In this document: in pieces, positions 26,311-40,032 of the stretch
How positions within the stretch are numbered: the stretch's first letter is position 1
How the letters are laid out: every line of letters begins with the position of its first letter
Assembly: GCF_009914755.1 (NCBI RefSeq)
Contig: NC_060925.1
Length of the DNA: 64,000 bases
Strand: one strand, 5' to 3'
Source: the human T2T-CHM13v2.0 reference genome, Homo sapiens
The notes under the pieces: model-generated
Told to the model about the DNA's origin: nothing
The model's database searches: none
What the model saw: only the letters and a program-made list of their open reading frames with translations
Position numbers and translations under genes: made by a program

Positions 26311-26950
26311 TGCTCACCCTCTGTCTCCTTTTTCAGTCTCTGGTTTTGTGGCTGGAAGAAAAACAAAGAAAGTTCTCCCATTTCATGCTGGAACCTCTCA
26401 CCAAGCCTGAACTTCCCAGAGCCCAGGGTGTTTGCTCCCCGCAATCTTTCCAAAGCTGGGCCCGCAGCTCAGAGCCAAGGATATGGGGAAGTTAGAGCTC
26501 TGGCTTCCACCCACCCACCAGGACAAACCCCAGCCCAGCTACAGTGGCTGTGGAGCCTGCTGGAGCCAATGCCAGATTCCAATCTGACAGAGCTGACACA
26601 TACCACCTCCCTCTCTGGGGGTGCCTACTGCCAGACCTCTCCAGCCTGAACCCAAGTGAGGACCAAGATGGCCCAGGGGAGCCCTGAGCAACAGAGCCGC
26701 TGGGTTGTATCTAGGGCCTAATACATATTCTCATTCTTTGTCTATTCTTCCATTTGGTGGAGTTCTTGAGGACCTGCTACATGCCAGGCACACACTCAGC
26801 CTTGGGGATCTCAGAGTGGGCCAAGCTGACAAGGTCCCTGCCCTTGTGGACTTGACATTCTAGCAGAGAAGAAAGCCAATCAACTATCAACCAACCAAAT
26901 GAGTATGAATATTTTAGGTGGTGAGAAGGACAACAAACACAACATAAAGT

Positions 26951-27388
26951 TGTGCTGGCTTTTCTCAGTTTCTTCCCCTGGCTTCCATTCAGTTCTTTTC
27001 CCTGCTCTGATCTGCTCCATGCCCTGGGGCTGAGCCCTGTGGAATGCACCCCTGGGCTCCCTTGCCTCTGGCTGGCTTCTACTTGGGTTCAGGCAATGGA
27101 AGACCCCAGCAGGAAGTCAGAGCATTGGAGGAGAGAGAAGTTCATGCATGTCTTCTCCTGCCCCTCCTTTCTATGTTGCCCAGGTTCTAGCAGTGGCTGC
27201 AACTTTCTGTGACTCTGGCTCAGCCCTCTTCACGTTCTGATAGCACATTTCCTCCCAGCGCCTCCTCAGACCCCAGGTGCTAGCATCTTCCCACAGTTGC
27301 TAGCTGCAGGGTCCCTTATCCTTGTCCACAGTCTTCAGATTCCCAGTCAAGTGTGCCTGCTATTCCTGCTGGGCCCCTGACTGATGCA
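26951..27388 (+). mobile_element. LTR16/LTR33-like ERVL solo LTR
   Basis: TG start, GGGCTCCCTTGCCTCTGGCTGGCTTCT..GGGTTCAGGCAATGG, ends TTCCTGCTGGGCCCCTGACTGATGCA. Confidence 0.65.
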
Positions 27389-27680
27389 CAGGTAAATGGC
27401 ATAGGATGTCATGGTCAGGCTTGGGTTGTTCAGGCTTGGGTTGTTAAGGAACGGAAAGCTGGCCAGCATGTCTGGAAAGCAGTGAATGAGGGAATAAAGT
27501 TGAGGTGAAATTTAAAATAGTTAACAACTGGCTTGGCACAGGCGCTGCCCAATCAGAAGGGACCCAGTTGCAATCGGCCATTGCGCCTGCTGCACTAGCA
27601 TCCTGGGTGATCAGAGAGGCAGTCAGGGGTGCACCGGCCAGGGTCCTGCAGACACCAATGACTCATGCAAGCTCCACTTG

Positions 27681-27940
27681 CAATTTCTCCATGCAGTTTC
27701 TCCACTTCATATCTGATGCCTTTCTCCTTTTCTCCCAGGGCCACACCAAAGGAGATAGCTGGCTTGCCAGGTGTTTCTCTGACAATTAGCCATGTGGGCA
27801 AACCTTGAGTCCTGGGGGCACTTCTAAAAGGTATGCTGCTATGGGTTCTGGCTCAAGACCCAGAGAAGTGTTCAAGAGAAGCCTGAAAAAAAATACAGCT
27901 CAGAGAGGTTATGTGACTTGCCCAGGACCACACAGCCAGG
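27681..27940 (+). repeat. Local duplication, copy 1
   Basis: Aligns to 29821-30072; 27711-27845 is identical to 29838-29972 (135 bp); the 3' flank is visibly diverged. Confidence 0.97.
27739..27830 (+). ncRNA. Candidate 92-nt non-coding exon, copy 1
   Basis: TCTGATGCCTTTCTCCTTTTCTCCCAG|GGCCAC...CTAAAAG|GTATGC; stop codons in all three frames. Confidence 0.4.
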
Positions 27941-29820
27941 TGAGGAGGCAGGTGAGGAGAGTTTAATAAAGGGGCACTTTACACAAGTGCGGATGAGGAA
28001 GCCTCAAGGGTGAGGCAGAACTGCAGGACTATAACAATCCCATGCAAGAGGGTGAGGGGAGAGTGCCGTTACTAGACGCAGACAGAGTTGTGAAGAGGGG
28101 GCTGCCTTGAAAAAAGCTAGGACCTTCCCTCGAGGACCACACGTAAGCTGCGGTGGCCCTACGGGAAAGCATCAGAGAAACCAATGTCCCAACCCAGCTC
28201 TCCACCCTGTCCCCAGCCTCCTTATGGTGACACCCACTCACCAGTGCCACTCAGGAGCCAGAGATTGTCCATATGGGTCACCCTCCCAAAGCCTAGAGCA
28301 GGATGAGAAGGAGGGTGCCTGGATCTTGAGAGGGAAATGGGAAATCTCCAGCCCCCAGATCATGTCACACCTTGAAAGTCATGGCAAGTGGGAAAACACT
28401 GGGAAGGAGAGTGACAAAAATCACATCTGGACCCTTTACCTCCATCCACAGGGAGGTGACAATGGGCTCTGCTCATGACAGCCTGGACCAGACACCTCCC
28501 AGAAGCATGTAGTGATGCTGGTTGGGAGACAGAAGGAAGCTGGGAGCCCCCCCTCGGGAGCCCAGGCCCTGCGACCAACCTCCTCAGAGAACCCAGGGGC
28601 CCCAGCCCATGGGAGGCAAACTCACTGGGCCCTGCACCCCACGAGTGTGGCACACAGGACCACCCTAGATGCAATGGGATTTGGTTTCCCTCCACCAGGT
28701 AGGCAGCCTTCAGAAATCAGAAAATGCCCGATGCTTTCCTTGAGGGGCTCCTGCTGAGCTACCGAGGAGAGGCGGAGGAGGAGGCAGAAACCCTCCCAGA
28801 CTCAGCTTTGCCAGGCTGAGAAGTGGGAGAGGTGGTTTTGGAAAGCTACCCACACGTTCCCTTCTCCCAACCATCATGAGGGTTAAGACAGAGAAGCAGA
28901 AGAAAGGGAGCAACTTGTCCCCGCTTTGTGTACTCATCTCAACTTGTGTACTCATCTGCGGAAGTGGTCAGGGCACCAGGACAGGAGGACAAACTCCAGA
29001 CCCCCGCAGGTTCTACAGGTGCTTGGAATTTGCAATCAACAGGACTTCCAGAAGAAGATTCTACAGGACCTCCAGAAGAATCTGGGGGCTGAATTTCTCA
29101 TAGCTTGAATGTTGGAGTCAAGAAAATCCCTAGACTTGGAATCAGAAGCCTGGGGTTCTAATCATAGCCTGCATGTAGCAGGTGCACGCAAACATGGTTT
29201 TAAGGCAAGAGAGAGAAAACTGATAACATGGGATATCATGTCACAGCTCCTCATCTGACCGGCGCATGAGCCAGGCCCTGGCTCTGCAAATGCACCTGAT
29301 GTTCTTTTTCACATTGTCTCAGCAGGAGCCTGATCCATTTCACAGAGGAAGAAACTGAGGCTCAGGGAGACTACGTCCCTCGCCCCAGTCCTGCAAGCTG
29401 GTCAGCAGTAGAGCCAGGAGGCAAGCCCAGGCCACTGGTGGTAAAAGCCTTGGCCCTCCACCACCAGACCTCCTATCTAAGAAGAGAACAATGCAGCCCC
29501 AAAGCCTGGGTTCCCTCAGCAAATGCTGGAGTCTCCGAAAAAGAGCTCAGATGACTCTGGGTTCTACAACTCTCCGCCTCCATTATTACAGCCCAATGCT
29601 CCCGTTCCCAGACTCACTAGGCAGAGGCTGGATCCTGCCTGATTCATTCCTTTAATCAGGGCTGAAGCAGCTTCCTGAAGAACACTTAGACCCTCGTTAA
29701 AATTAAGTCATTGCTTTAATAACCACAGGGCAGAGATGGCTGCAGCTGGGAGCGTGTGAGCTCTCAGCACTCCCCATGGGTCTTGATGAGCTGGGCACTG
29801 CCGTGGGATACCAGGTGCTC

Positions 29821-30072
29821 CAATTTCTCCACTTCACATCTGATGCCTTTCTCCTTTTCTCCCAGGGCCACACCAAAGGAGATAGCTGGCTTGCCAGGTG
29901 TTTCTCTGACAATTAGCCATGTGGGCAAACCTTGAGTCCTGGGGGCACTTCTAAAAGGTATGCTGCTATGGGGTTCTGGCTCCAAATCCAGAGAAGTGTT
30001 CAAGAGAAGCTTGAAAAAAAAAAAAACACTGCTCAGAGCAGTTACATTACTTGCCCAGGAGGACACAACCAG
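29821..30072 (+). repeat. Local duplication, copy 2
   Basis: Direct repeat of 27681-27940; core offset 2127 bp. Confidence 0.97.
29866..29957 (+). ncRNA. Candidate 92-nt non-coding exon, copy 2
   Basis: Exon body and splice signals identical to copy 1. Confidence 0.4.
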
Positions 30073-30734
30073 CTAGAGGGAGCACAGGATCTGAAACCCA
30101 AGTCTGTGTAAACCTTAAACCCAACACAGTATATTCCTCTTACCTCATCACATGGTGTCAGTGTGTCTTCGTGGGTCCCACAAAGGCACCTGTTCCGGGG
30201 ACAAGTGCCATCTCACCTGGGAGGACAGACCTGCCATTGTTACTCACTAGCTCTGAGAGTTGAGGTAAATTGCCTGACTTTTCTGTGCCTCAAATTCTTC
30301 ATCTGTCATACAGGATATCAGATTATTGTGAAGCTTGAATGAGACAATAAATGTGCAAATGCTCTGTCAATTGTAAAGTCTGGTGTACGTTGAGGATAAG
30401 TGAGCCTGTGGGAAAAGTCAGATTCCAGCAAACATAATGGCAGGGGCTGGGGAGCATCAGGGAAGAAAAGGGGGAGAGGGTGTGGGCTGGGAAATGATGA
30501 ATGGGTGCCTGCACATTCCTGGGGAAGAAGCATGCAGAGATCTGTGAGGCAGGAGCCCAGCTCTGGGAGAGAGAGGCACTCTAGCTGGACCACACAGGGC
30601 TGGAGCAGGTGCAACCTGGGGAGTTAACAGTGAGTACCTGGAGACCACACTCCTCCAGGACAATGCAGGAAGTGGCCATGGTCAGGCAAGCTGTGGCTGG
30701 GCTGTGCGCCACGATGGCCACATCTCTTGCCCTC

Positions 30735-30880
30735 TGAGCCTTGGTTTCCTCTCTGTACCATGGAGGTAATAGATCTACTTTACAAGGTCATGGTGGGGAT
30801 TGGCAATAATGGACGTAAAGTGCCTGACATATAGCAGGTGCTCAATAAATGGTTTCCATTGTTATCATGATGATGACTAT
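30735..30880 (+). mobile_element. MIR
   Basis: CTCTGAGCCTTGGTTTCCTC...GTAAAGTGCCTGACATATAGCAGGTGCTCAATAAATGG. Confidence 0.75.
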
Positions 30881-32544
30881 GATGATTAGCAAATATCTCT
30901 GAGTCTACTTCCTAGACTATAAAGTGAAAATAATCAGATCTATGTCACAGTATTCTTGGAATGCTAAAAGGTCATAGTCTACCTGAGACTACCAAGCACA
31001 GGGCCTTATGCGCAGCAGGTGCTCAACAATCTATTCTCCCCTTCCCTTCTTTTTCTGACCGAGGAACAGGTGTGGAGCCTACAGATAGGCATGGTAGGAA
31101 GATAGGCTTTGGTTCCATCCTAGAGCTCCCAGCTTCCTTTGAAAGGTAGGGAGCTCTCCAACCCTGGAGACATCCAAAGAGAAGTTAGATGACTTTGTGA
31201 TAAAAATTGGTCACTTTCCTTTTATTAGTGAAGGAAGGTGACAAATTTCAGGCAAGGAGCTGAACTCAAGGCCAAAGCCCTTGCAGCTTGGAGGATGTGC
31301 AGTCCTATGACTGCAGGTTCTGATGTCACTGGACTGCCCAGCCCTGGCCTATAGTAAACACAACCTTGGATTTAGAGTCCAAAGATTGTAGGCGGAATCC
31401 TGGATCAGCTTCTTCCATTTCCTCAGGACCTGCATGTAACAAGTGAGCAATAATCCATGTTTCCTTAAGACAGGATGGAAGCCTGCCTCTTCAGCTGCCC
31501 ACCAGCTAAAGATTCATACTCAGACATCTGTAGGAATAGTACAGCCCTCCCATTCCTCCAAATTCCTTTGGAATGTTGGGAATTTCCCCAAATTAGGAAA
31601 AGGGCAGAGGCTCCTCCAAAAGCAGGCAGAGGCTGGCCTGGCCCCTCATGCAGAGGAGCACCCAGTGGGTGCTGGAGGCTTCCCAGCACCTTTCCTACGC
31701 CTGGGCAGCCCCAGCCCAGCCCCAGCAGGTGTGTTTGGAGAAGCACATCCCAAGTCTCACCCCGTACATGTTCCCTGGCTCAATTACAGGCTCAATTTTC
31801 TTTTCTGTTTAATCCCCAAATCAATATGTGTTCATACATATTTAATCGGGAGACTGTTTTTATTAGAGTGGGGATTAGTTTTACATCTTTCTCCCCACTG
31901 CTTGGAAGACATCCACCACTCACAAGAAAGACGAGTGGATGAATGAAGAAAAGACCCACGTGCAGGCCAGGCCCAGCCCAGTGCCCGGGCCAAGTTAAAG
32001 ACACTGAGAGCACTCTCCTGCACCTGGCATCCCTGCCGCATGGGGCCAGAGCCCTGCTGCCTCCCAGCCCCCTCTCTCTGGGGCTGAACCTGCAGCCTGC
32101 TCCTCACTTCCCAATCCTTGCCGTAAGTCCCTGCTCAGGGATGGGCCCCAGGGGGTCTTCCAGGCCTGTTCTCCAGGAGCCAGGAGACCAAGGGCCGGCT
32201 GCCTGTTAGAGGTCAGAAAGGGAGGTCACCCTCAGTCTTGCCTTTCAGAAGTAATTGATTTCTCCTTCCAACTCCGAGTCAAGGCTGAACAGAATAAATT
32301 ATCACCCTTTCACAGTGTCATCACCGTCACACTCAGCCCCGGCTGCCATCTGCTTCTTCACCAGCATCCCCACCTAGCCAAGCTGGAAGGAAGGAGAGAA
32401 CACGTGGACAGGTAGACCGCTGTGCTGGCCAGAGAAGGAAAAGGGCAAGAACACCCTGGGGCCCAGAGTGAGAGAGAGGAGGCTGGGGCAAATTTCTCAG
32501 CACTCCTGTTAAAATAGGTAAAAACGGCGTGTGTCAAACCAGCT

Positions 32545-32740
32545 GCACATCATCTCATTTAATCCTCGTCTCACCTTGGAGAGACAGAGCCTCTTCTCAT
32601 CATCTGCATTTTACAGAGGAGAAAACTGAGGTTCAGTGGGATTACAGGTCTTGCCAAAGCCTCACAAACAGGAAGTAGCAGAACCTGGACTTGAGCCACA
32701 CCACATGGCTCAGGGCCTGTGCTTCTAGCTGTTTGGACTG
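32545..32740 (-). mobile_element. MIR
   Basis: CATCTCATTTAATCCTC...CATTTTACAGAGGAGAAAACTGAGGTTCAG. Confidence 0.75.
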
Positions 32741-33282
32741 CCTTCTCCCCAGCATACAATAATCTTCCCCTCCTCAACACAAGCTGGGGGTCATTCAAGG
32801 TGACGAGATTTTGGGAGCACCAGTTATTGGCTAGAAGTTGCCAGCCACCAAGGAAACTGGGGATGTTGGATGTGGTCAGCACCACAGCTCATGGCCACCA
32901 CCACTCTCCTGTCTCTTCACTGACCTCATGCCTAGTGTGCCTACTGAGCCCCTCCACCAGGTCTGTGCTAGGAGCTGGGCTACGTGGATGAACAAAGCCA
33001 GGCATGGTTCATCTCTCACTCAACTAACAGTCTGTGGGTGAGGTGTCCTGCCAGCAGAGTCGAGGTCCTGGAGAGCGTGCCCTGCCTGGGCTTCCCGACG
33101 TCCCCAAGCCTTGTCTGCCCGTCACCTAGCTTCCTGCAGCTGTCTTCAGCAGGGGCTCCCCAACACACAGTCAGGGAGTGCCCTGCGCCTCGCCTTCCGA
33201 AAACTCACCACATTGGCAACTATCTGATTGCAAACACCGGGTCTGTCTTATCCAAAGCAGGATCTTATTCGTCACTGGAATA

Positions 33283-33431
33283 GAAAAAAAAAATTGGGGA
33301 GGAGGAAAGAAGGAGGAGAGGAGAAAGGACAGGAGGGGGAAAGGAAAGGAGGGAAGGAAAGAGGGTGAAGTCGGGAAGAAAAGAAATCGGGGAGAAGGAA
33401 AGAACAAGGTAGAAGGGAAGAAGGAAAGAAA
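33283..33431 (+). repeat. GA-rich low-complexity tract
   Basis: Purine-rich GGAA/GGAG/GAAA run. Confidence 0.85.
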
Positions 33432-33939
33432 CTTGGCCATTTTTGAAAGACCAGATGCACCCACAAAGATCCCTCGCTTCCCTCTTGCTCTGAGCTGAAG
33501 CTTGAGTTTGTACCCAGAAACGTGCTGAGAAGGTAAAGCAAGTAGACCCACTGCAGTAGGAAAGAGTCAAGTATTTCAAGGATTTCCCAAAAGAAGAGCT
33601 ATCAGCTTAGCTGAATTAACCCTTTCATAGAGGTCAGGGGTTGATGCCTCTCTTCTCAAGGCTGCCAGAGGCAGATGGAGGGGCAGAATGACCTCACATC
33701 TGATGACACCATGAACTTAGCAAAGGATCAGGCCAAAGCACCTGGAGAGTTCTTCTGGTTGAGAAGCCTGTGGCTGGAGCTCGGGGACATGCAGAGCTCC
33801 ATGTTGGGCTTCAGCCCTTCTTGAGAAGCTGGTATGTCTCCTGCCGGCCACCTTTTCCAAGCAAGTCCTCAGGATGGCCAGCTGGATGAGCCCCGTGTGA
33901 CACGGGCCATCTAGGGCTGGTGCAGTCACTCTCTGCTCA

Positions 33940-34560
33940 CACCAACCACTTGGCAGCCCGTGTTTGATGATGGGTTAATTCCTGAACAAAACACATAACG
34001 TAGGCAGTGTGATTCCTCATTTAGCTGTCAGATTGGGATAAAAAATGTGTGAGAGAGAAAACTCAAGGGAAAAAAAAATTGGATAATGATGAATTGTGAC
34101 TGAATGCTCCAAAGAAACACAAGCCGTCTCCCCCATCGTGTTGTGCCCGCTGTCACTTAATTTGAAAATATTCTAAGTGTGCAGGGCCTTCTCCTTGGCA
34201 CTTTTCAGCTCTTCTCGAGAAGAGCCGGGTCCGCTTTTGTCACCAGTGTCGTTTCCTCCGCAAATGCAGCAGTGCATGAAAGGCCCAGGTGGGAATGCTG
34301 GCCAAGACGCCCTCCCGTGGCCCCCCACGCGGCAGCGCCTCTCATGCCACCCTCCGAAGAGATGAACAGAAGCCTTTTCACTGCGGTATTCTAATGCCAT
34401 CATGCACGCTCGCTCAGGAGGGAGCGACGGAGGGGGAGGAAAGAGAAACAAAATAATGCTTTTGCTGTGATAACTGTCAGCTCTGCCTGCGTCTAAAGAG
34501 AACTTGTTGTTTTGCAAAATGGAACATTATCCAAATGTACAGAAGCAATAGATTGAAGCA
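33940..34560. promoter_or_regulatory. Candidate conserved enhancer-like block, CpG-enriched
   Basis: Repeat-free ~600 bp, retained CpGs, TTAATT x2, CTGTCA x3, CTAATG. Confidence 0.45.
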
Positions 34561-35145
34561 AGGAGGCTTCCAAGATCAGAAGTTGTCTGGCTGCCCTGGG
34601 AGTTGAAGTAAACACTTGTGTCTGGACGTCTCCTCGCACCCCACAAGGACGAGTTGAAAAATGAGCCACTCTGGGAGCCTCCTTGGGACTTTGGCCAGTG
34701 CCCTTTCCCTGAAGACAGCCAGGAATCACATGCCTCGGCCAAGGAAGCTCAGCTCCCTAGCAACCTCCAAGAACAGGCAGGCCACCTGCTGGTCGGAGAT
34801 ACTTTGGGTCTGAAGGCAGGAGGTGGGACATAATGACCTTTAGGGGGTCAGCCTGCCTGAGGATGGCCTGTGGCTTCTTGAACACCAGCAAGTTTAAATG
34901 GCACACTGGGCGACCTTGAGAAGGTCCTCTCCTTCTCTGAGTGCCTGGCTGCCCATCTTGGAACAGGAAGCTGGCTTGGACAACCTCCAAGTCTCCCTCA
35001 GGGGTTCAAAGCAGTGGGCTTTTGGGACTAGCACCACAGTCCAGGGGTTGCCCAAAGTGTGGTTTAAGAAACAGCCACTGGGGGGTAGATCAGCCCAAAC
35101 CTTTCTGGAGAAGAGCAGACCTGGAGGTGGCTCATGTAATGGGAG

Positions 35146-35275
35146 GGGAAGATTAGACGTTTTGTTCCAAGGTGGATTCCAATGGTGGTCCATTGAGTAT
35201 GAACCAAACAGGGAAGATTAGATGTTCTGTTCCAAGGTGGATTCCAACAGTGGTCCATTGAGTGTGAACCAAACG
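35146..35275 (+). repeat. 65-bp tandem duplication (2 copies)
   Basis: GGGAAGATTAGA...GAACCAAAC at 35146-35210 and 35211-35275; 6 mismatches in 65. Confidence 0.97.
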
Positions 35276-35369
35276 GCCTCACAGCAACCCTAAGAAGCAG
35301 GAATTGTTCTCCCCATTTTAGAGATGGGGAAATGGAGGCTCAGCAAGGTCGAGTGACTTGCCCCAAAAC

Positions 35370-36140
35370 CTAGGGTCATGCTTGCCACTCTCTCATGCCA
35401 ACACCCCTCCGTCACCAAGCCCTTAGTTCCACCTCCAAAATACCTCTGGACTCTGCCATACCTCTCCACCCCCATTGCCACCACTGGAATCCAAGCCACC
35501 ACATCCCTCCCTGGCATTGCCATGACAGCCTCCTAACTGGCCTCCCTGCCTCCAGTCCAGCCTCCCCACCATCAGCCAGAGGTCACTTTCTAAAATGCAA
35601 CACCACATGATGCCTGCTTAGACCCTTCAGTGGCTCCCCTTGGGATGAAATCCAGCTTCCTTCACAGGGTACTGGATGCCCCTCAGTCACCAGCCACCTC
35701 TGTAGCATCATCTCTTACCACTTCTTCCTCACACTCCAACCCCAGCTATCTGACTCACTCTGAGCTTTTCCCAAGAGGCAAGCTCTCTTTGCTTCTGGGC
35801 CTTTGCAGATGCTAATCTCTTTGCCTGGTGCACCCTCTCCTCTCCCTACCCTTTGGTTGTATCACCCTTCAGAGCTCCCGTAGATGTCACCTCCTTCAGG
35901 AGCCTCTGTGAACCGCCCCCTGCCCCGAGGTTAATTTCCAAACCCCCTGTATTATTCCAGAGCCCCCTGCACATTCTACCAAAGTGGCCTATGTGCTGTC
36001 TGGGACCCCCACTGGCCCTTAATGCCAGAAATGCCTCATTCATCATCACACCCTGAGCACCCAGGACCATTCCTGGCACACAGTAGGCACTCCAGAACTA
36101 TTTGCTGGATGAATGACTGACTGAATGAATGAATAAGTGA
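35370..36140 (+). mobile_element. L2
   Basis: CAGCCTCCTAACTGGCCTCCCTGCCTCCAG...GGGCCTTTGCAGATGCT...CCTGGCACACAGTAGGCACTC..TTGCTGGATGAATGACTGACTGAATGAATGAA. Confidence 0.85.
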
Positions 36141-36398
36141 ATAAGAGCATGAACGACACAGCCAGAGTGAGCTTTCCTTCTCCACGTATCCAAATGTGTA
36201 AAAAGCACCAGGCAAGTCCATCAATAAGGCAGGCACTCGCTCCTCGCAGCCTGTCCTTGGCTGGGAGTCGGGTGATAGATTTCCGGAGGTGATGCATGGG
36301 CGCGTGAGAAGGGTGGAGTGGACGCATGGAAGAATAGAATATAGATTTCTATAGATTAATCATTTGTCATTCCTGCCACTCGGCACACTCGCGCGCAC

Positions 36399-37147
<749 letters not shown>

Positions 37148-37966
37148 AACTCACACACAAAGGTGCACACTTACTCATACACACACAAAGGTGCACACTT
37201 GCTGTGACACACACACTCTCACAAATCTGCTCTCATTGCCTTTACTTGCTCACCTTATTCCCAAGCTCCCATCTGTCTTCCTTACGGAGCTGTGAGCTCC
37301 TCCAGGACTGAGGTCAGGGCTCTGAGCACTCACTTCTTTTTCTCAGGGGAGAAAAACCACTTCTCAGACCCTCCCTGAGGTCCAGCTCTACCAGGCCCTG
37401 AGCTTCTCCTCCCCAGGGGCCCCTCTCCCACCCCAGTGAGTTCAGCCCCATGCCCCATAAGGCAGATGCCTGTTCATCTATTTCTTGTGTTGGGTCCCCC
37501 ACATTGCAGGTGAATGGCTGAGGGGAAGGCCAAGGTGAGCTGAGGGTGGGTTCCCCCAGTTACCTCTGCTGGCCTTACCAGTTGGGTATACATGGTTTCA
37601 CATGTGCTCTGTGAGTTGCTTTCTATAGTATGCAGAGGCTGAGGAGGAAATTCTCTTACATCCCAACTGAAGGGGGAAAAGCCCTAAGCCCAGCCTTTCC
37701 CTGGCCAGCCACTCCAATTAGTGCTGGGAAGATAGAGCTTGAAGGAATGCCCCTTCCCCCAACATCCCAGAGGCCCCTGCATCTGCCCTCCCAGAGGCCC
37801 TGTCTGCCCTACCTGGAACTCCAGGCACCCCGAGGCACCTCCTCACCTTGTGGGACCATGCCCTCTACTCCAAGTTCTCACAGCATCTCCCAAAGACCCC
37901 CACAAATACCTCTTGGGGTCCCAGGCCCAGAACCTTCATGCATTTCTCCGAAGTTCAGAGCTGTTA

Positions 37967-37967
<1 letters not shown>

Positions 37968-38009
<42 letters not shown>
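37968..38009 (+). repeat. (CA)21 microsatellite
   Basis: Perfect CA run. Confidence 0.98.
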
Positions 38010-38011
<2 letters not shown>

Positions 38012-38641
38012 CCTCCAGCCTCCAGACCCACAGGCTATGTGAGTGCCCTGTGTTCACTGAAGCCTTTGGAGTTATCCTGAGCTGCCCCCTTCTGCCTCAA
38101 TAGCACTTGAAGACTCTCAGCTTCTGCCCTGTTCACTCTCCTAAGCCCACCTTTCCCACAAGTTCCCCTATACTCCCTATCCCAGTCATCTGCATAAACA
38201 TGGAGTTTTTACCTTGCGCTGCCAAAAACCTAGCCCTTGACCTTCCTCCAAGCCTCCATCCTGGATTCTGGTTATTAGAAACTAAACCCTTTAAATGTCT
38301 CACCCTCCACAAAGCCCAGAAACCTAGGCACCCAGATCCCTACCTACTCCCAGAAGGGAGCTTCTCCTGAACTGCACCTGTCATAGCACAATCAAAATGT
38401 CAGTCATTACTCATTCACTTATTCACTCAAACTCTTATTATTGGCTCTGAGCTGTGTCCAAAAGGATGGTCAGTGCCTCTTCCAGGGACTCTGCCTCATG
38501 GAGCTTGCTGTCCATGGAGACCCAGGCACTCACAGAAGAGCTAGATCTAAGAGCAGAGAAATGACTCAAAATAGGAACAGGTCACTGCTGGCTGCAGGGT
38601 CAACAGGCAATGACTCCTGCCCAGATCCAGGGGCACCATCA

Positions 38642-38983
<342 letters not shown>

Positions 38984-39919
38984 TTACATGCCACATACCA
39001 ACTGCCACGACAACTTCATAACTTTCTGAAGGACTGGAGGGGAATCTAGGGGCACGCACAAACCCACACAGGGGACACCACTGTGGCTCAAAGGGATCAT
39101 TATTTCCTCCTAGGAGTCCTTAATTATTTGCCTGGAGGAGGGGGCCCCAGAATGTAGGAACCCTAAGCTCCTCAGACCCCCACCCAGGAGGGGCTGTCTG
39201 GTCTATGGGGGGCTTCTTGTGCCCCTTCTGCTGGATTCAAGTTTCCTGGTGCCTCTTTTTCCTTCCTAGGGATCCCTCCATCCCAGCATCTCTGTGGATG
39301 CTTAGGCTGGGGCAAGGGGTTGGGGAAATGCACAGAACCACCTTCCATTGCCTTTGATCTCCGTCACATTCAAGCTGCTTCAGCATCTAACTGCCTCTCT
39401 CGCTCTTCTCATCTCCCTTTGAAGTCCTTAAGTAAAGATGGCTGTAGATTACAGCCATTACAGCCGCCTGGAGTGAGACCTTCTCAGGCTGCCTTCCTTT
39501 TGCCACTAGCCTGTCTGTTCCATCTGGAGGTTCCCGAAGCCCCTGCTCCAGGCTGGCGAATGCCAAGGCTTCTCCCTTCCACAAGTCCAGGGCATTCATG
39601 CAGTAATGACCCAGCATCTCTTTGTTTGCCTTGCTCCCATGAGACAGCTCTACAATGACTTTGCCAGCTCTCCAAGCACTAAGCTGAGCATCCCTGGGGA
39701 TATAACCAAGGCTCCCAAAGCTTCCATGAATGGTTTGAGGAACTCTCCGCTGGAGTGAGGTGCCACATCACTGTCATCTGAGAGTTTAAAATCAGCCCCC
39801 CAAATTATGGTCTGCTCGGTACTGCACTGAATGGGAAGATGGCCAGCATCTCTCTCCTCTTTCTAATACAACTTTGATTTTCTCTGGGCAAACTGCCTCT
39901 TCTCCATCCTTACCGAGGT

Positions 39920-40032
39920 CCTTCCTCCTCTCTCTCTCTTTCTATCTCTCTCTCTCTCTCTCCATCTCTCTCTCCCTCTCTCTCTCTCCCCCTCCCTCCC
40001 TCCCTTCCTCCTCTCTCCTCTCCCCTCTCTCC
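39920..40032 (+). repeat. (CT)n/(CCCT)n polypyrimidine tract
   Basis: ~110 bp almost all C/T. Confidence 0.9.

Noticed and set aside
27739-27830. Duplicated exon as an in-frame coding cassette
   Set aside because: Stops in all three + frames and 92 nt is not a multiple of 3; only a non-coding or poison role is plausible.
35146-35275. Possible CRISPR-like repeat
   Set aside because: Only two abutting copies with no spacers, eukaryotic context and no cas genes.
38500-38525. REST/NRSF site
   Set aside because: Only the CCATGGACAGC half matches (minus strand); the TCAGCA half is absent.
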